A stretch of 59,970 nt of DNA, counting the filler, from Circinaria calcarea (taxonomy: Eukaryota), in the NCBI GenBank assembly GCA_051942165.1. It is 3 parts of 3 records of this genome, joined end to end, with 100 filler letters (N's around TTAATTAATTAA, not from the genome) between each part and the next. Parts side by side here need not be neighbours in the genome. Positions count along the whole stretch, not along the records: positions 40,126 to 59,970 come from JAVECS010000189.1; 2 more parts are not named here. One strand, written 5' to 3'. Made by a program: the position numbers and the translations under genes. Below, piece after piece: positions 59,601 to 59,970 of this stretch (the stretch's first letter is position 1; every line of letters starts with the position of its first letter). Below the pieces are notes generated by a model that ran no database searches, was not told where the DNA came from, and was given only the letters and a program-made list of their open reading frames with translations.

Positions 59601-59970
59601 AAGAAAGTAGGCGGAGGGAAGAAGAAAGATTGGCAGGAAGGTTTGGACTCGACTTATTGGGCCCAGGCGCAAGCGAGAATGAAATTATGGCGTATGCCAC
59701 ACTATTAAGTGAAGAGGCGGCCAAGAGTGATGAGCTTAAGAGGAGGGACTCCGACAGCAGCAGCGGGGCTGTGACCAGTGGGACCGTTACGGAAGTAATG
59801 AGCTCTCCGCTTGGCCCAGAGCCGCTGAATGAAACAGACATGGACGCCGATCTCGCGGAAGCTATCAGGCTGAGTTTACAAGACGCGGGAGCAGCTGCAT
59901 CCAGTCACTCGGAGCCCTTTGAAGCTCCCCTGGACTTTTCGGTCAAGTACGCCAAGAGGCGCAAGTCGCC
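56669..59970 (+). CDS. F-box and WD40-repeat protein with UIM-like motifs (Pof10-like), 3' end outside the window
   Basis: ATG 56669. Intron 57066-57116 splits the F-box (FADFPN|EVLTHILSHLPPSSLSAVSLVSRRF). Also LYLVHGGNDGLVQAWDPL and DADLAEAIRLSL. I saw no in-frame stop before the window end, which would explain its absence from the ORF track. Confidence 0.9.
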   Translation, partial: MQSRPSEISQEPIPTSSQDTPSQQSQYGFDSNHEVPDPLHRGERAGDLRPPTSNANRSTSPPSGHSSSGAASARGLSRDAAPQTSTPIDRITQYEKALTPSPKRTNNGPAFTVVPRAKKSTTGASAFADFPNGMENTVNAFTFSNLTASEVLTHILSHLPPSSLSAVSLVSRRFHSLVTTPHAWRIAFSRYFSGSEAPVASDSSSESSFDEADNPSSEKRVFNRLTALASWRSEYILRTRLLRSLGRGKPAEFQAAGASGSSRSGNGHSGNAQVTYNSNLFTTINHLDATFGTGLNKRLPRFIHGADEIGSACSSDPNNGKVDSWGFSDPQSFLQFSDRFPGESEYGLGAGDVVGVPNLMDVSQKYGMIYAEGFPGGILYYRSTQEQRGRVLATSTMQPASENGIPRLNNSALAICTIWIAKSPSIPALTDGLVGILSGSSSGSITSYSLGTESLRERRLERGEITARWMVSPGVPIIAITVDENYSTKRHAQGRVWAVALNALGEVFHLTDLPTRRIIDRGVRLNEDMLEQFAWETGRTVYWTLVEPTRRRAKPNPFSTSDVDGSYSPRSSWNGLGLNKQQIVAETKEIENFADQKPKHFRKVCEGWEMRRRLEVDFAGDDEHEAGEAFMVINNGSDDGEPARIQRFTRVKISQSLDEAGPSYVALPSNGLTERKTASVFGGGTLLDNGTPAWSFAHVSPLRQNSVHQIDLECSSKVIEEWRVSTFSFGGLKATQIVTTAMDMSTYSLLTVMEDPLLGMMASSASSSPLSSPLGQTFQPGSPSDIPGQRARFLAAGTKVGTIIVWNVRSPTSRNTDLINTIQPVRIIHTDSPQISCLALSALYLVHGGNDGLVQAWDPLSSTTQPIRTLNSRFSSRARRRLVQAEASPQGVGINLFAAGAVCLDPDPTVLRGMVSLGTHLRYWSYSSSAADQYKSSKRRMRRSERGSNQGGERFSGTGRGVLKDYIANEKLELEQEKESRRREEERLAGRFGLDLLGPGASENEIMAYATLLSEEAAKSDELKRRDSDSSSGAVTSGTVTEVMSSPLGPEPLNETDMDADLAEAIRLSLQDAGAAASSHSEPFEAPLDFSVKYAKRRKS

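Overview
Eukaryotic DNA from a filamentous ascomycete (Pezizomycotina-type genes with short GT-AG introns); no prokaryotic features. The window is not one locus. It holds three ~20 kb pieces (1-20042, 20143-40025, 40126-59970) joined by identical 100-nt N44-TTAATTAATTAA-N44 linkers, in descending length, so adjacency across the gaps is probably artificial. Piece 1 opens with a perfect 270-nt foldback. It then carries three diverged intronless F-box-like/TPR-like paralogues (one pseudogenised), a ~1080-aa TPR protein with a triplicated 104-aa unit, a DUF6594-like membrane protein and the arrestin LDB19. Piece 2 is a decaying accessory region: unidentifiable ORF relics, a DEAD-box helicase pseudogene with a Mutator-type MITE in an intron, a 537-bp hexamer satellite, an intact FunK1 kinase, and a dead MFS + O-methyltransferase/AsaB-like mini-cluster with nested MITEs. 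Piece 3 is ordinary core genome: SWT21, HSP10, NYV1/VAMP7, a ModF-like ABC ATPase, a membrane aspartic-protease homologue, a cell-wall protein, a small secreted protein and an F-box/WD40 protein. The best candidate for an undescribed system is the F-box-like/TPR + repeat-TPR + DUF6594 cluster at 524-14112; its function is inference only. All family assignments come from motif recognition by eye, not database searches.
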